A DNA stretch of 64,000 bases from Chiloscyllium plagiosum. Lineage: Eukaryota. Both the position numbers and the translations under genes were made by a program. The stretch spans positions 24,822,979-24,886,978 of the forward strand of contig NC_057749.1 of NCBI RefSeq assembly GCF_004010195.1, in the 5' to 3' direction. Each line of letters opens with the position of its first letter. Positions within the stretch are counted from its first letter, which is position 1. Below the pieces are notes generated by a model that saw only the letters and a list, made by a program, of their open reading frames with translations, did not search any database and was not told where the DNA came from. Below, one piece after another: positions 50,966-63,509 of this stretch.

Positions 50966-51170
50966 CAGTCAGTTCTTCTGCGTTCTTGTGCAACCCCGTG
51001 TTAAAGAAAACTCGTGATTTAGAAACAGTGCTTAAAGTGTTAGTGATGTCATCGCGTTACAGCCAACACATGCTTTAAAAGTTTGTGCTTTAGAAACAGT
51101 GTCCCCAATTCATCAATCGTGTTACAGCGAAATCGCGTTGCCGAAACGTGTGTTATAACAGAACGACCTG
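50966..51170. mobile_element. Tc1/mariner (Tigger-type) MITE
   Basis: TA|CAGTCAGTTCT ... AGAACGACCTG|TA. An inverted partial relative lies at ~62018-62170. Confidence 0.75.
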
Positions 51171-52072
51171 TACGTGAATTAATCTTGGAGAGACAACATG
51201 TGATTGATGGGCTGAATGGCCTTTTTCCATGCTGTACAGTTCTAGCTTCTATGAATGGCAGTGTGCTTCCATGAAGATGCTTTGTCCCCTTGCCAGGTGG
51301 GTTTCCTCTTCATTCTGGAAGACCAAAGCACTACACAAGAGATCTTCATGAAGACCTCCCTTCATCCCACAAAGGAGGTGGATGGGAGGTTACCAGAGCA
51401 CTTCTATCCCTTAGAGAGAGATGACTGGTGGTGGTTTAACCTGGCGAGGAGAGAAAGGAGGTGAATCCTTCATGGTAACCTCAGCCAATGCAGGAATTGA
51501 ACCCACGCTGTTGGCATTGTAGTGCATTATAAACCAGTTGCATAAGACCAACTATTTATCACATCTGAGCCTGGTCAGTGAAGCAGAATACAGAACTACA
51601 AAAGACTTCACCAGCAGTTCTCACCGGAAGATTAATTTCCATTCTTAAAATGAAGATTAGGTGAAGTATTGAGTATTTCACACATCCATCCTTATTATAG
51701 ATAGGAGTTCTGGCCTGCACTGGGTCGCGTCAGTTAATATTAAAATTCATTGAGATTCTGGCAGGGAGAGGCTAAACTATTAGCTTTATGCAGGAGGCTC
51801 ACTCCCACCGGAGGTGACGCATGAATTGCAACAAGAGGCAGAAATGGTCTTTATTACAATTGTTTGGGTCCCTGGGACACCAGGGAGCAGTGGCAGCCCT
51901 GACATCCACCTCAGGGACAGGCTAGTGGGGTGGGAACCCATGCTGTGAATCCTGTTCACCTCTTAACTTCATTAACACGGAGGAGTTAAAACTCAAACAA
52001 CAAGCTGCCCTGCCATCTCCATCTGTACCTTTGGGAGCAATTGGAATTTCTCTCCCGCTTCAACAAACCCCC

Positions 52073-52741
52073 GTCAGCGATGAGGGAAAGAGATTTGACA
52101 AGATGTGCCTTTAAGAGGGATTTGATCTGTCCTATTTCTCTGAAAGAGGGGAGGTGTAAACCTGGTGCTGACGTATTTGCTCCATGGAAAGTAGAGTGAA
52201 TAACTTTGGGGTTTGTTTTATAAATTAGACAAAAGGTGCATGAACGGGCGGAGTCAGGCTCCCACACGCCCAGGGTTTTAGTTTTGCTTTCAGTTGTTGA
52301 AGTTGGAGTTTCGGAGTTGAAGCAGCTAGATGCAGCTCTCTCTCCGCTGCTGCTGCTGTAAAAAGCTTGGGTTCTCTCTCTCTGCTGCTGGATTCGTTCT
52401 GTCGGTGCTCCTGGACTAGAGGAGACCACATGTGAGGGAAATCTGTTTTGCTGAATTTGCCTTTGCCAAGAGTGTGTTTATGGGATGCTGTTATATTGAA
52501 ACTGTTGATGAGGGGCAGTTAAATGATAAATTATTTTGTTAAGCATTTCCACAGAGTTAAAGTAATGCCAAATCTTCTTTTCTCATTTGTGATGTCGGAA
52601 TAAAGTGTGTTTTGCTTAAAGCCTAGTAGATTGACCAATCGAACTACAAATGGAACACAACACCTAACACTTGGTTTTAAATAAAATAAAAGTCAGGGTC
52701 TGGGCTATCCCCTTTGAGGGGGTTTGGTCTGGTCCATATAC
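52073..52741 (+). mobile_element. Solo LTR (same family as 58862-59684)
   Basis: Shared blocks CTGAATTTGCCTTTGCCAA..GTGTGTTTATGGGATG and terminal GGTCTGGTCCATA. Confidence 0.7.
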
Positions 52742-53317
52742 TGGATAGAAAAGCACGGGGCGAGATACATACCTTTACAAGGGTCTATGGATGTGAAGCT
52801 GGAAAAGGACAGCAGGTCAGACAGCGTCCGAGAAGCAGGGAAGTCAACGTTTTGTGCTGACACATGGATCTTCCTGCTCCTCGGATGCTGTCTGACCTGT
52901 TGTGTTTTTCCAGTTCACGTCTACTGACTCTGGCTTCCAGCATCTGCAGTCCCTTCCTGTCTCCACTTACCGTGGGCTACAAATGCCCTAAAGCATTTCA
53001 CTGCCAAGGGAGTGCATGGGTAGAGAACACTTAAAAGCAGCCTGAATGTGATCGTGCACATAAGGGTTTGTACGATATTTATGTTTCCTGACAGCTGAAT
53101 GGAAAGAGGAAGTGAATCCATCTGGAAAATGGACTGGATGATTATGGATGGACTTGTTCGCAGTGAAGCAGTACATGAGGAAAGCCATTGAGAGATTTAA
53201 TCCATATGCTCCACATATCCTACAAGAAACTAGTGATGCCATTTTATTTTCGTATCGTCCTTCTTCAGTCGACTGGGGCCCGACGATGGCCCAGCAACCC
53301 AACTTTCAGAGCGACGG

Positions 53318-53629
53318 TAGATTAGATTACATTACAGTATGGAAACAGGCCCTTCGGCCCAACAAGTCCACACCGACCCGCCGAAGCGCAACCCACCCAT
53401 ACCCCTACATTTACCCCTATACCTAACACTACGGGCAATTTAGCATGGCCAATTCACCTGACCTGCACATCTTTGGACTGTGGGAGGAAACCGGAGCACC
53501 CGGAGGAAACCCACGCAGACACGGGGAGAACGTGCAAACTCCACACAGTCAGTCGCCTGAGTCGGGAATTGAACCCGGGTCCCTGGCACTGCGAGGCAGC
53601 AGTGCTAACCACTGTGCCACCGTGCCGCC
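53318..53629 (-). mobile_element. HE1 SINE, young subfamily
   Basis: Near-identical to 29255-29568. Confidence 0.95.
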
Positions 53630-53639
53630 TGTATCTGTG

Positions 53640-53925
53640 GTCTGTCAGGCGGGTGGGGGACACTGCACAGCAAGCTCCCACAGGTCATCTGTTTGTAGGT
53701 GTTGGCTGAGGGATGGACATTAATCAGGACAATGGGGAAAACACCCCTTCTCTGTTCAGAAATACGGCTCAGCAATCCTTCATGTCCACCTGAGAGGGCA
53801 GGTAGGGTTTTGATCTGATCTAAAAGATAGCAGCAGTGACGGTGCAGTGGTGGAGCTTCATCCTAGCTCTGATACAAGTGAGTCATTAACCCACAATGTT
53901 TAGATTCAGATGTGAGAGTGCTATC
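53640..53925 (-). mobile_element. Ancient Deu-domain SINE (SacSINE1/AmnSINE1-like), degenerate
   Basis: Reverse complement matches the remembered Deu motifs TGCCCTCTCAGGTGGAC.. and TAGCACTCTC..TCTGA. Smaller remnants at ~8160-8285, ~13590-13705, ~16985-17105 and ~25640-25760. Confidence 0.6.
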
Positions 53926-54197
53926 AAATGACCCATAATGACCCACCAGCTATTGCTGGAGTGAGTGAAGTACAAAATGCTTCCTGATTTTTATAGAGGT
54001 GCTCACCTGTGTTGTTTAAAAAGTGTGCTCCACTTATTGAGGTACATCCTGAGGAACACTGCCTGGGCCAGCTTAAACACATCCTGATACGTATCTCCAA
54101 CTCGAATATTGCTGAACAAAAGGTACACTTTGTCAAAACAGAGACTGCTTGCCAACTAATATTTGTTCAGCAATATTTGAGTTGGAGATACGCATCA

Positions 54198-54500
54198 GGG
54201 GCAGCACGGTGGCTCAGTGGTTAGCACTGCTGCCTCACAGCGCCAGGGATCAAGGTTTGATTCCAGCCTCAGGCGACTGTCTGTGTGGAGTTTGCACATT
54301 CTCCCCATGTCTGCGTGGGTTAGCTCCGGTTTCCTCCCACAATCCAAAGATGTGCAGGTCTGGGGAATTGGCCATGCTAAATTGCCCATTGTGATAGGTG
54401 CATTAGTCAGGGAGTTGGGTCTTGGGTGGGCTACTCTTCGGAGGGTGGACTTGTTGGGCTGAAGGGCCTGTTTCCGCACTGTTAGGAATCTAATCTAATC
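54198..54500 (+). mobile_element. HE1 SINE
   Basis: Full head, core and tail. Confidence 0.9.
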
Positions 54501-56539
54501 AGCACTCTCTTCTCGTGTTGTATTAATGTTGCCTTTCCCCTTGAATTGGTATTCTTGCAAATTGTTCTGATGAGTGCAAGACTAAAAACTTTGATAAAAT
54601 GCCTCTTTTTCTTCTGCAATTATCCATTTCTGTGCCACCCAATGACTATCCATAATCTCCAACTCTTAATTTTGCAATTTATGAGGGAGAAAATTGCTCT
54701 TCACTCATAAATGTGAGACATTTTTGACACAAATCTATTTACATCGCATCCATTGACGCCATCTTCTGCTATCTTGTGAACACCAACAGCACCCTCAGCC
54801 ATCCCTGATACTCGTTTTGATGAAAAACCATTCAGCTCCCTTTGTAGAGTGGGTTACACCCTCGGCCCATTTGTTGGACTGTGATGAACCGATGTGTCAT
54901 CCCGCTGTGCCATCTCTGGGATAGCCAACTCCTGCCTCCATTTCTTGTGTTGGCATAAATAAACAAAAATGGGACCTCCTGTCCAATATCCTGTCGATTT
55001 TGTGGAGGATATGTTCTGACGGTTGAACTGATATTCCTTGGCCTGCCTCGTTTGGAGCATCCAGAATCATCCGGCCCAATTTCCAGAGGGATTCACTTCC
55101 TCTTTCCATTCACTGGGTTGGCTGTCCAGGAACATAAACATCATGCGCAGCTTTATGTTCACGATCCCATTAAGGCTGTTTAAGTATTCTGTACCCAAGT
55201 GATTCACAGCACTCTATCTCCATTTATTTTGCACTTTCCTGTGATACGTTATAGAGTGCCAGGGGTAAAGACACTGGATTAGGTCCCATCCTATCCACTA
55301 AGCATCTGCACAGTGCAAGTGGAGCTCAATCATGCATACAATATCCTCAGGCTGTATGGGGGCTGCTGTATAACTGCTTTCTTTACCTGACCCTCACTGC
55401 CTGCCTGGTTATGTCCATATGCCTCCCATAAGATAGCCCGTTCCTGGTGAATACATTTGTCAACACTTTCCCTCACTGTATCGAATTGCATGCGGGGTAT
55501 GTGTGCCAGGAGTTGCGAAGATTGGGAGAGTTTCTTTCTCCTGGAGATCCACTGCCAGGATCACTTACCTCGATTACTGGAAGTGGATTGCACTGGGTAT
55601 TTGCATCTTGCCACACTGGGTCCCCCATTATCACAATTCTGGGGGTTACCATTAACTCGAGATTGAACCAGACTGGCCATATAAATGCAGTGAAGACAAG
55701 AGCAGTTCAGAACCAAGGAACCCTGCAGCAAGTAATTCGCCTCATGATTCCCCAAATCCTGTCCATCATCTCCAAGGCACAAGTCAGGAGTGTGACGGAA
55801 TACTCCCCACTTGCCCTGGATGGATGCAGCCCCAGAAACACTCGAAGTTTAACACCATCCGGGACAAAGCAGCTCCCGCTTGATTGGTATCACATCCACA
55901 AGCATCCATTTCTTCCATCATTGATGCTCAGTTGCAGCAGTGTGTACCATCTACACAATGTATTGCAGACATTCACCAAAGATCCTCAGACAGCACCTTC
56001 CAAATGCGTGATCACTTCCATCTAGAAGGACAAGGGCAGCAGATGTATAGGAACACCCTCACTAGTAAGTTCCCCTCTGAGCCTCTCACCACCCTGACTT
56101 GGAAATATATAGCCGTTCCTTCTCAAGTCGTTTGTCCAAAATCCTGGAATTCCCTCCCTAAGGGCATTGTGGGTGAACCCACAGCAGGTGGACTGCAGCA
56201 GTTCAAGAAGGCAGCTCACCCCTACCTTCTCAAGGGCAATTAGGGATTGGGTAATAAATACTGGGCCCAGCCAGCGGCACCCATGTCCCACTAGAAAATA
56301 CAAAAGGTTGTTGTGTCAAAGATCATACATAACATTTATATATAATCACGAGCCCCTTTCAACTCCTCTAGAAATTAAACAATTCTTTGAGCAATTTATT
56401 ACCAATTTATCTTCCCAGTGCTGTATTGCTGCTCTGTGTTCACTCTGGCTGTCATTTTCTCACAAAGTTGTGCATATCTAGTGAATTCATCAGGTGGGAG
56501 AGACAGGCCCTGGGTTCAAGGCTGTCTTGAGGTGAAGAG

Positions 56540-57180
56540 TCGAAAAGTATGGCGCTGGAAAATCTCAGCATGTCAGGCAGCATCTGAGGAGCAGGAGTAT
56601 TGACGTTTCAGGCATAAGCCCTTCATCATGATTGTGGAGGTGGGGGGGGGGTCGACCAAGTCGACTGTCGGATAACCTGGATTCTACCTCAAGGTGCCAG
56701 GTGCCTTGGATTTGGCAGTGGAGGCAACCCAGGACTTGGGGGGGTGGGGGGGAGGGGGGGGGTTGGGAGGGAGAGTTGAAGTGATCGGCCACAGGGCGGT
56801 GGGGCTGTTTAGAGTGTGGCCCAGAGATGTTCCTTGAAATGTTCCGCAAGTTGGTGTCATGTCCCCCCAATGTAGAGTGGAAGAGTAGATGAGGTGTTTG
56901 GGTGTGCCAGATATGGAAGGATCCTTTGGGGCCTTGGATGGATGTCAGGGGTCAGGTGTGGGTGCAGGTTTTACACCTCTTGTGGTTGCAGAGGAAGGCG
57001 CTGGGAGTGGAGGGTGGGTTCATGAAGAGGGTAGATCTAACGAGAGAGTGGCGGAGGGAATGGTCTCTGCGGAATGCTGATAGGGGTGGGGAGGGACATA
57101 TATCTCTGGTGGTGGAATCTGACTGTAGGTGGCGGAAATTCTGGAGGATTACGCGCTGTATCCTGAGATTAGTGGATTAA
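56540..57180 (-). mobile_element. Penelope-like element fragment (family B; GIY-YIG region + hammerhead terminus)
   Basis: NFRHLQSD..PSPPLSAFRRDHSLR.SLVRS..C..CKTC..IQGPKGSFHI, then LYIG..KQPHRPVADHFNSP. Terminus UGAUGAAGGGCUUAUGCCUGAAACGUC at ~56601-56628. Confidence 0.85.
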
Positions 57181-57439
57181 AAGGTGCAGACCAGATCAAC
57201 AGCATAGGGAAAAGATTGTACTCATTGTAGTGGACCTCCAGCATGAAGCATTCATGGGATTCAAAGTTGTCAATTTGACTTTGCTGAATGATGGAGTAGC
57301 TGAAAGGCCCGAATGGTCTGCTATTGTTCCTAGTTTGTAGGAAATGGACCAGGGTGTATTATTTGCCAGTTTTTTCTTCCAGAGATGAGGAGAGAAGGGA
57401 GGGCAGGCGTTACCTCCCAGCATACAATCATAGTATTCT

Positions 57440-57722
57440 TAAAATGTGAAATTCGGCCCCTGAAGTTCACACTGACTTTTCGAACAGCATCCCACCCAGA
57501 CCCACCCCATTCCTGTAACCCTGCATTTCCCTGGACGCTACAGTACAGCCAATCCACCCTGACCTGCACATCTTTGGACTGTGGGAGGAAACCGGAGCAC
57601 CTGGAGGAAACCCACGTAGACACTGGGAAAATGTGCAAACTCCACACAGACAGAGGTCTGAGGCTGGAATCAAACCTGGGGCCCTGGCGCTGTGAGGCAG
57701 CAGTGTTAACCACTGTCCCGTC
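57440..57722 (-). mobile_element. HE1 SINE
   Basis: Reverse-complement head and core. Confidence 0.85.
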
Positions 57723-58240
57723 TAGTCCCTCAGTCAGGGAGTCTAAATGCCAATGTTATGATATGTTTTCCCCAGTGGCAGTCAGCACAGGCCCTTCAGT
57801 GGTCATTAATTGGTCACTTAAGGCCCTGCATTGATGACAGCCTGGGAAAAAACCTTCCCATGTTGAGCTGGATTCTGGTGTTGGTGAGGAGGGCTTTAGC
57901 TACACGGTGGCCCACCTCAATAAATGCCCCATCTTTGCACCTCGGATCTCTTCTCGATTACAAGACCATAAGTCATAGGAGGAGAAGGTAGGCCTTTCAG
58001 CCCATTGAGTCTGCCCTGCCACTCAATGAGATCATGGCTCATCAGATATCCTTCAACTTCATTTTCCTGTCTTTTCCCCATGATTCCCTTATTGATTAAA
58101 AATCTATCTCAGCCTTGAGTGTACTCAATGATCCTGCCCTTTGGTTTGCAAAGGAGAAAAGTCCAGAGAAGAAATTCCTTCTCATCTCTGCCTTCAATGT
58201 ATGACCCTTTAATGTTACATTATACCCTCAGCTCCTAGAT

Positions 58241-58655
58241 CAGAGGTGGGGAACCTTTTCATGTTGGAAGGCCGCATTATGTTAGTTGTAATCTAATAAG
58301 GCCGCATCCAAGAAACCTCAATTATATATTCTTCAAAATTCACATTATTTTGTAAAAATCTAACTACTATGTACTAACTAACCAAAATAACTAAATCATG
58401 AGCATAGCAAGTGTCAAAATAGCCCTTATGACTTACCAATTTTTTAATTGTGGCGGTCAGTCTGTGAGGATTATTTCGTTGAATTTTCTTTTACTCGCTG
58501 GTATTTCAAATACATTCATTTTAAGATAAAATAAAAATAATAAAGGACGACAAAAAACGTATTAATTAAAAAATAAAAGATTTGTTCTGCAAAATTTGGA
58601 TTCATTCAAAAGGCCACACACAGTGGCCCAGAAGGCCATAGGTTCCCCACCCCTG
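58241..58655. mobile_element. hAT (Charlie-type) MITE inserted in a CR1 fragment
   Basis: TIRs CAGAGGTGGGGAACCT ... AGGTTCCCCACCCCTG; degenerate 8-bp TSD TCCTAGAT / TCCGAGAC. Confidence 0.85.
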
Positions 58656-58861
58656 TCCGAGACTCTCCCACAGGAGACAACAGCCTTGCTGCATCTACAC
58701 TGTCAGGTCCTCTAAGAGCCTTATATGGCTCCTAGGGTGGGGGAGTCTACACTTATAGGACATAAGTTTAAGGTGAGAGTGGAAAGATTTAAAAAGGACC
58801 TGAGGGGTAACATTCTGATGCAGAGCGTGTTACGTCTGTGGAATGGGCTGCCAGAGGAAGT

Positions 58862-59684
58862 TGTTATGGACCAGGCTGGACCCTCTTAAAATATTTCAAG
58901 AAGTTGGCCTAGACCTGCTAACATTTTCCTATTTTAAAGTGAAGTGGGTGTTCCAGGTGTGATGCAGCTGGTCAAATCACTCGGCTTTAAGCAAAACACA
59001 ATTTATTTAAACATTACAGTTAAAACACAATCAAAAGAAAGTGGAATTTGGAATAATTCAACTACTGGAAAACTTAACCGAATACTCAATCCAGTAACTG
59101 TTCCAAATGTTGTAACATCCCATAAACACACCCTTTGGCAAAAAGGTAAATTCAAACACAGGTTCTTACATAAAAGCAAATTACTGCGGATGCTGGAATC
59201 TGAAACCAAAAGAGAAAATGCTGGAAAATCTCAGCAGGTCTGGCAGCATCTGTAAGGGGAGGAAAGAGCTGACGTTTCGAGTCTGGCTGACCCCTTGTCA
59301 TCAGCTTTGACAAAGGGTCAGTTAGACTCGAAACGTCGGCTCTTTTCTCTCCTTACAGATGCTGCCAGACCTGCTGAGATTTTCCAGCATTTTCTCTTTT
59401 GGCTACAGGTTCCTACAAGCAGGAGTCAACAACATCCAGGGAGATCTCAGAGAAAGTCAGTTAGGAATCCCTTACTGAGGTTTGCAACTCCCCTGGACTC
59501 ACTCATCTTGTGACCGCTACAGCTAAACAAAACTACAAAAACCCTGAACTGGGAGAGCTGGCCACATCGTTTGATTGTTAAACTGTTAAATTCCCTAGAC
59601 TCTTCGGCACCTCTGCCTTTATGACCACTTTTCAAAAAATAACCAAGGACAAAATAACCATTTTAAAGTGACAGCATCGTCACA
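58862..59684 (-). mobile_element. Solo LTR (TG..CA, 4-bp TSD AAGT/AGGT, Gypsy-like) inserted in CR1, carrying a nested palindromic Penelope-type insert (~59170-59403)
   Basis: CR1 sequence CCAGAGGAAG|..|GGTAGTGGAGGC resumes after the insert. Confidence 0.8.
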
Positions 59685-60147
59685 AGGTAGTGGAGGCTAG
59701 TACAATTTAAAAGGCATCTGGATGGGTACATGAATAGGAAGGGTTTAGAGGGATATGGGCCAAATGCTGGGAAATGGGACTAGGTCAGATTGGGATGTCT
59801 GGTCGGCATGGATAAATTGGACTGAAGGGGCTGTTTCCATGCTGTATGACTCTATAACAAGATCATGTCCCATTCTTCTACATTCTGGTAAGTGTAAGTC
59901 CAACCTACTCAACCTCTGCTCATAAAGCAGACCCTCCATACCTGGTGTCAACATCCCATAAACACACCCTTTGGCAAAAAGGTAAATTCAAACACAGCTG
60001 GTGGACTGTTTCTGGTCTGTCTTCAGTGCTGGTATATCTTTCCTTCGATAAGGGGCCCAAAACTGTTCACAGTATTCCAACCTGTGAACTCACTGGTGCC
60101 TTATATAGTCTCTTCCACAAGGAGAACGGATAAATAGGTAAACATTA

Positions 60148-60436
60148 TGGGCAGCACGGTGGCTCAGTGGTTAGCACTGCTGCCTCACAGCACCAGGGTC
60201 CTGAGTTCGATTCCTGCCTGTCTGTGTGAAGTTTGCACATTTTCTCTGTTTGGGTTTCCTCTGGGTGCTCCAGTTTCCTCCCAAATCCAAATATGTGCAG
60301 GTCAGGTGAATTGGCCATGCTAAAAACCCATCGTGTTAGTCAGGGGTAAATATAGGGTAGGGGAGCTTCCCTTCGGAAGGGCGGTGTGGACTTGTTGGGC
60401 CGAAGGGCCTGTTTCCACACTGTAGAGAATCTAATC
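60148..60436 (+). mobile_element. HE1 SINE
   Basis: Head, core and tail. Confidence 0.9.
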
Positions 60437-62262
60437 AAATACAGTAACTAAGGCGAGTTTGTGTGTTGCGCTGAACTCCTAGTCAATCTTATGCTATTTC
60501 CAGCTATGACGGCTTTTTTGGGAGCAAAGACCTTGAATGAAGTTAAACAGAGCATCAGAGTGAAGACATGTCATACCAGACTGAAAACATCTCGGTTTCT
60601 CTCCCCACAGATGCTGCCTGAGTTACTAAAGCACTTTTTGGTTTTATTCTGCATTTTGAATTCTTTAGTGAGGAACTTTAACATTCACTCCCTTCACCTC
60701 AGTGCGGCAACTCAGCAAGGCTCCTTCATTGGTCACATTCATGACGTGTACTACCTTGAACGACAACATATACACAGGGACACCACCCCCTGCAGGTTCC
60801 CCTCCAAGCCACTCACCGTCCTGTGTTGGAAGTATATCGCTGTTCCTTCAGTGTTGCCTGGTCAAAATCCTGACCTCCCTTTCTAAAGGCATTGGGGGTC
60901 TACCTACGATCCCTACAACTGCAGCGGTTCAAGAAGGCAGCTCGCTATTACCTTCTTGAGGGCAAGTAGGGATGGGCAATAAATGCTGGACCACCCAGCG
61001 ATGCTCATCTGGCAAATAAATTCACAGAAAGGCCTTCAGAATTAACATTAACATCTAAGCATCACCCATGTAGTGGGGAACAATAAGGTTTCTGACGTGT
61101 GGCACTTGAGGTTGAACCGGAAAGCTTTGTTTTCTAAACCAAGCACAGAGAATATTGGAGAAACTCAACAGGTCTGGCAGCATCTGGAAAAAAGAGAGAG
61201 AAATATAACTATTTTGAGACCATTATAACTTTTCTTCAGAGTGTTTATATTTGACTTCCATTTTCTAGTCCACTAGAGCCATAGTCTGACCAAGCCATGG
61301 AACTACTCTTTCAGATTTACCGTGAGGGTCACCATACCTCAGGCAAGGGAAGAAGATGAATATTTCATGGTAACCTCAGCCAGTGTTAGAGTTGAACTCA
61401 TACTGTTGAGTATCATTCTACAGCACAGACCAGCTATCCAGCCAACTGCGCTAACCAATCCCTTAAGTCCAGCCTCCCATGATCTTGCTGCTGAATTGGA
61501 TCTCAAGCTGAAAACTGGGACCACTGGATGTTATTGAGAATGGACTGAAACAGCAATGGCATTGCTTTCCAGACACAGGCACACAGAGTTGTTAGTGAGA
61601 GTTTGCACTTCGATTAATGTTTGCAGTTCTGGGCACCTCATTAAGTGAGGGAGGTTTGAGAATTTAGCAGCCTCGCAAAAACTAGACTGGGATTTACAAT
61701 TATGGAGAGGTTCGCAAATGCTGTGGCAGAGTCAAACAATCCTGATGTACTTTACTTTCGATGGATATCACAAATGACCCAACAATGTCAAATGGCGTAA
61801 TGTCAGCAAACTGCTGGTGGCCTGAAATTAAAGTCATAACATTGAACCCTGAACCTGTCAAGTGATTTTCAGAGGCTTATTTAACGGCTCCGGCTTGTTT
61901 ATAAAGCAGAGCAATTGCAAACATGTCAAATGATTCCGAGCACCGAATAAATCTGAGGAACTGGCCCACGCTCCATACAAGTCTCCTCACACTCAGTTGT
62001 GACCGTTTGTGTCAGCACAGTCAGTTCTGCTATAACGTGTCTTTCATTAACGCAAATAGGCTGTAATGTGATTGGGTGACTAGGGATTCCTTTTTCCAAA
62101 AAGCGAACTTTTAAAGTGTGTGTTGGCTGTAATGCGATTACATTGCCAACACTTTAAGTGTATTTGTATTGTGTGATTTGGAGATGCCGGTGTTGGACTT
62201 AAATGCATTATCTGGGCCGACATGACACCAATTGTTAAAGTTCACTTGAGAATGTAACTTTT

Positions 62263-62476
62263 CGTGTCTGCGTGGGTTTCCTCCGGGTGCTCCGGTTTCC
62301 TCCCACATCACAAAGATGTGCAGGGTCAGGTGAATTGGCCATACTAAATTGCCCGTAGTGTTAGGTAAGGGGTAAATGTAGGGGTATGGGTGGGTTTCGC
62401 TTCGGCGGGTCGGTGTGGACTTGTTGGGCCGAAGGGCCTGTTTCTACACTGTAATCTAATCTAATCTAATCTAATC
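62263..62476 (+). mobile_element. 5'-truncated young HE1 SINE inside Penelope family-A debris
   Basis: Young-subfamily 3' half with a (CTAAT)n tail; flanks match 17480-17660 in reverse. Confidence 0.85.
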
Positions 62477-63509
62477 TTAACAATCAATCCAGGTCTTTTT
62501 CAATATATAATTTCAGTTACATCAAACATTCAATGTGTTCATGGCTGATCATCCAACTCAGTCTCCTGTTCCCACTGTCTCCCTCACACCCTTTGGTCCT
62601 TTAACACCTTCTTGTTTTGACCTCAATTATGTTCTGTGGCAGCGAATTCCACAGGCTCACCAGTCTCTGGGTGAAGGTATTTCTCCTCATCTCAGTCCTA
62701 AATAGCCTATCCTATATCCTTAGACTGTGACCCCCTGGTTCTGGAATTCCCCCGATTACTGGGAACATCATTCCTTTCTTGACCCTGTCTAGCCCCAGCA
62801 TGTCCTTCTATACTTTTCTCCTACATTTGCAACTGTACCTCTCATATCAACTGTTCCTTGTGATGTTTTAGCCCTTATCCTAATTGCAAAACCTCCACAG
62901 AGGCTGGTCTCCCGTGATAAAGTCACCCTTCATTTACACATGAATGGTTCTTTATTATAGTACTGCCTCATAGAGAGTAAGGCACTTGAATGTCAGTATC
63001 TCTGACACCCACCCTTTTTATCTGTCAGCCAGGGCTCCCTAATTGGACTGGGTTAAGAGCCCCAATTAGGGGACTCATGTCCCATAATGTCTAGCTGATC
63101 TCATATTACTACACAAACCACTCTCAGGGCTAATGTGTGCAGTGAATAACTAGATTACTTGGTGCTCTATGTAAGTTTGGATAAGTGTGTCCATTGAAGA
63201 TCTAAATAAATAGACTATGCCTAGGGGTTGGTTGGATCATTTGGTGGGACATCTTGGTTTGTAATGCATGGAGATACCAACAGTGTGGGTTCAATTCCTA
63301 CAATTGGCTAAAGTCACTATGAAGGATCCCATTTTCTCAAGTTCACCCCTCACATATGGTGACCCTTGGGTTAAACTCACCACCAGTTCTCTTTCTAATT
63401 AGAGAGCGGGAGTAGAGTATTAACATGCATAAAATAGAGATGCATAAGCTCGAAAACTGTTCTTAACCTCATCTTCTCCTCAACCAATCTGTCTTGAACC
63501 CAAACTCTC

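Noticed and set aside
53190..53245. RPS29-like SCRIC..YGLN similarity
   Set aside because: Too short, needs a large deletion, and is not supported by the second copy.
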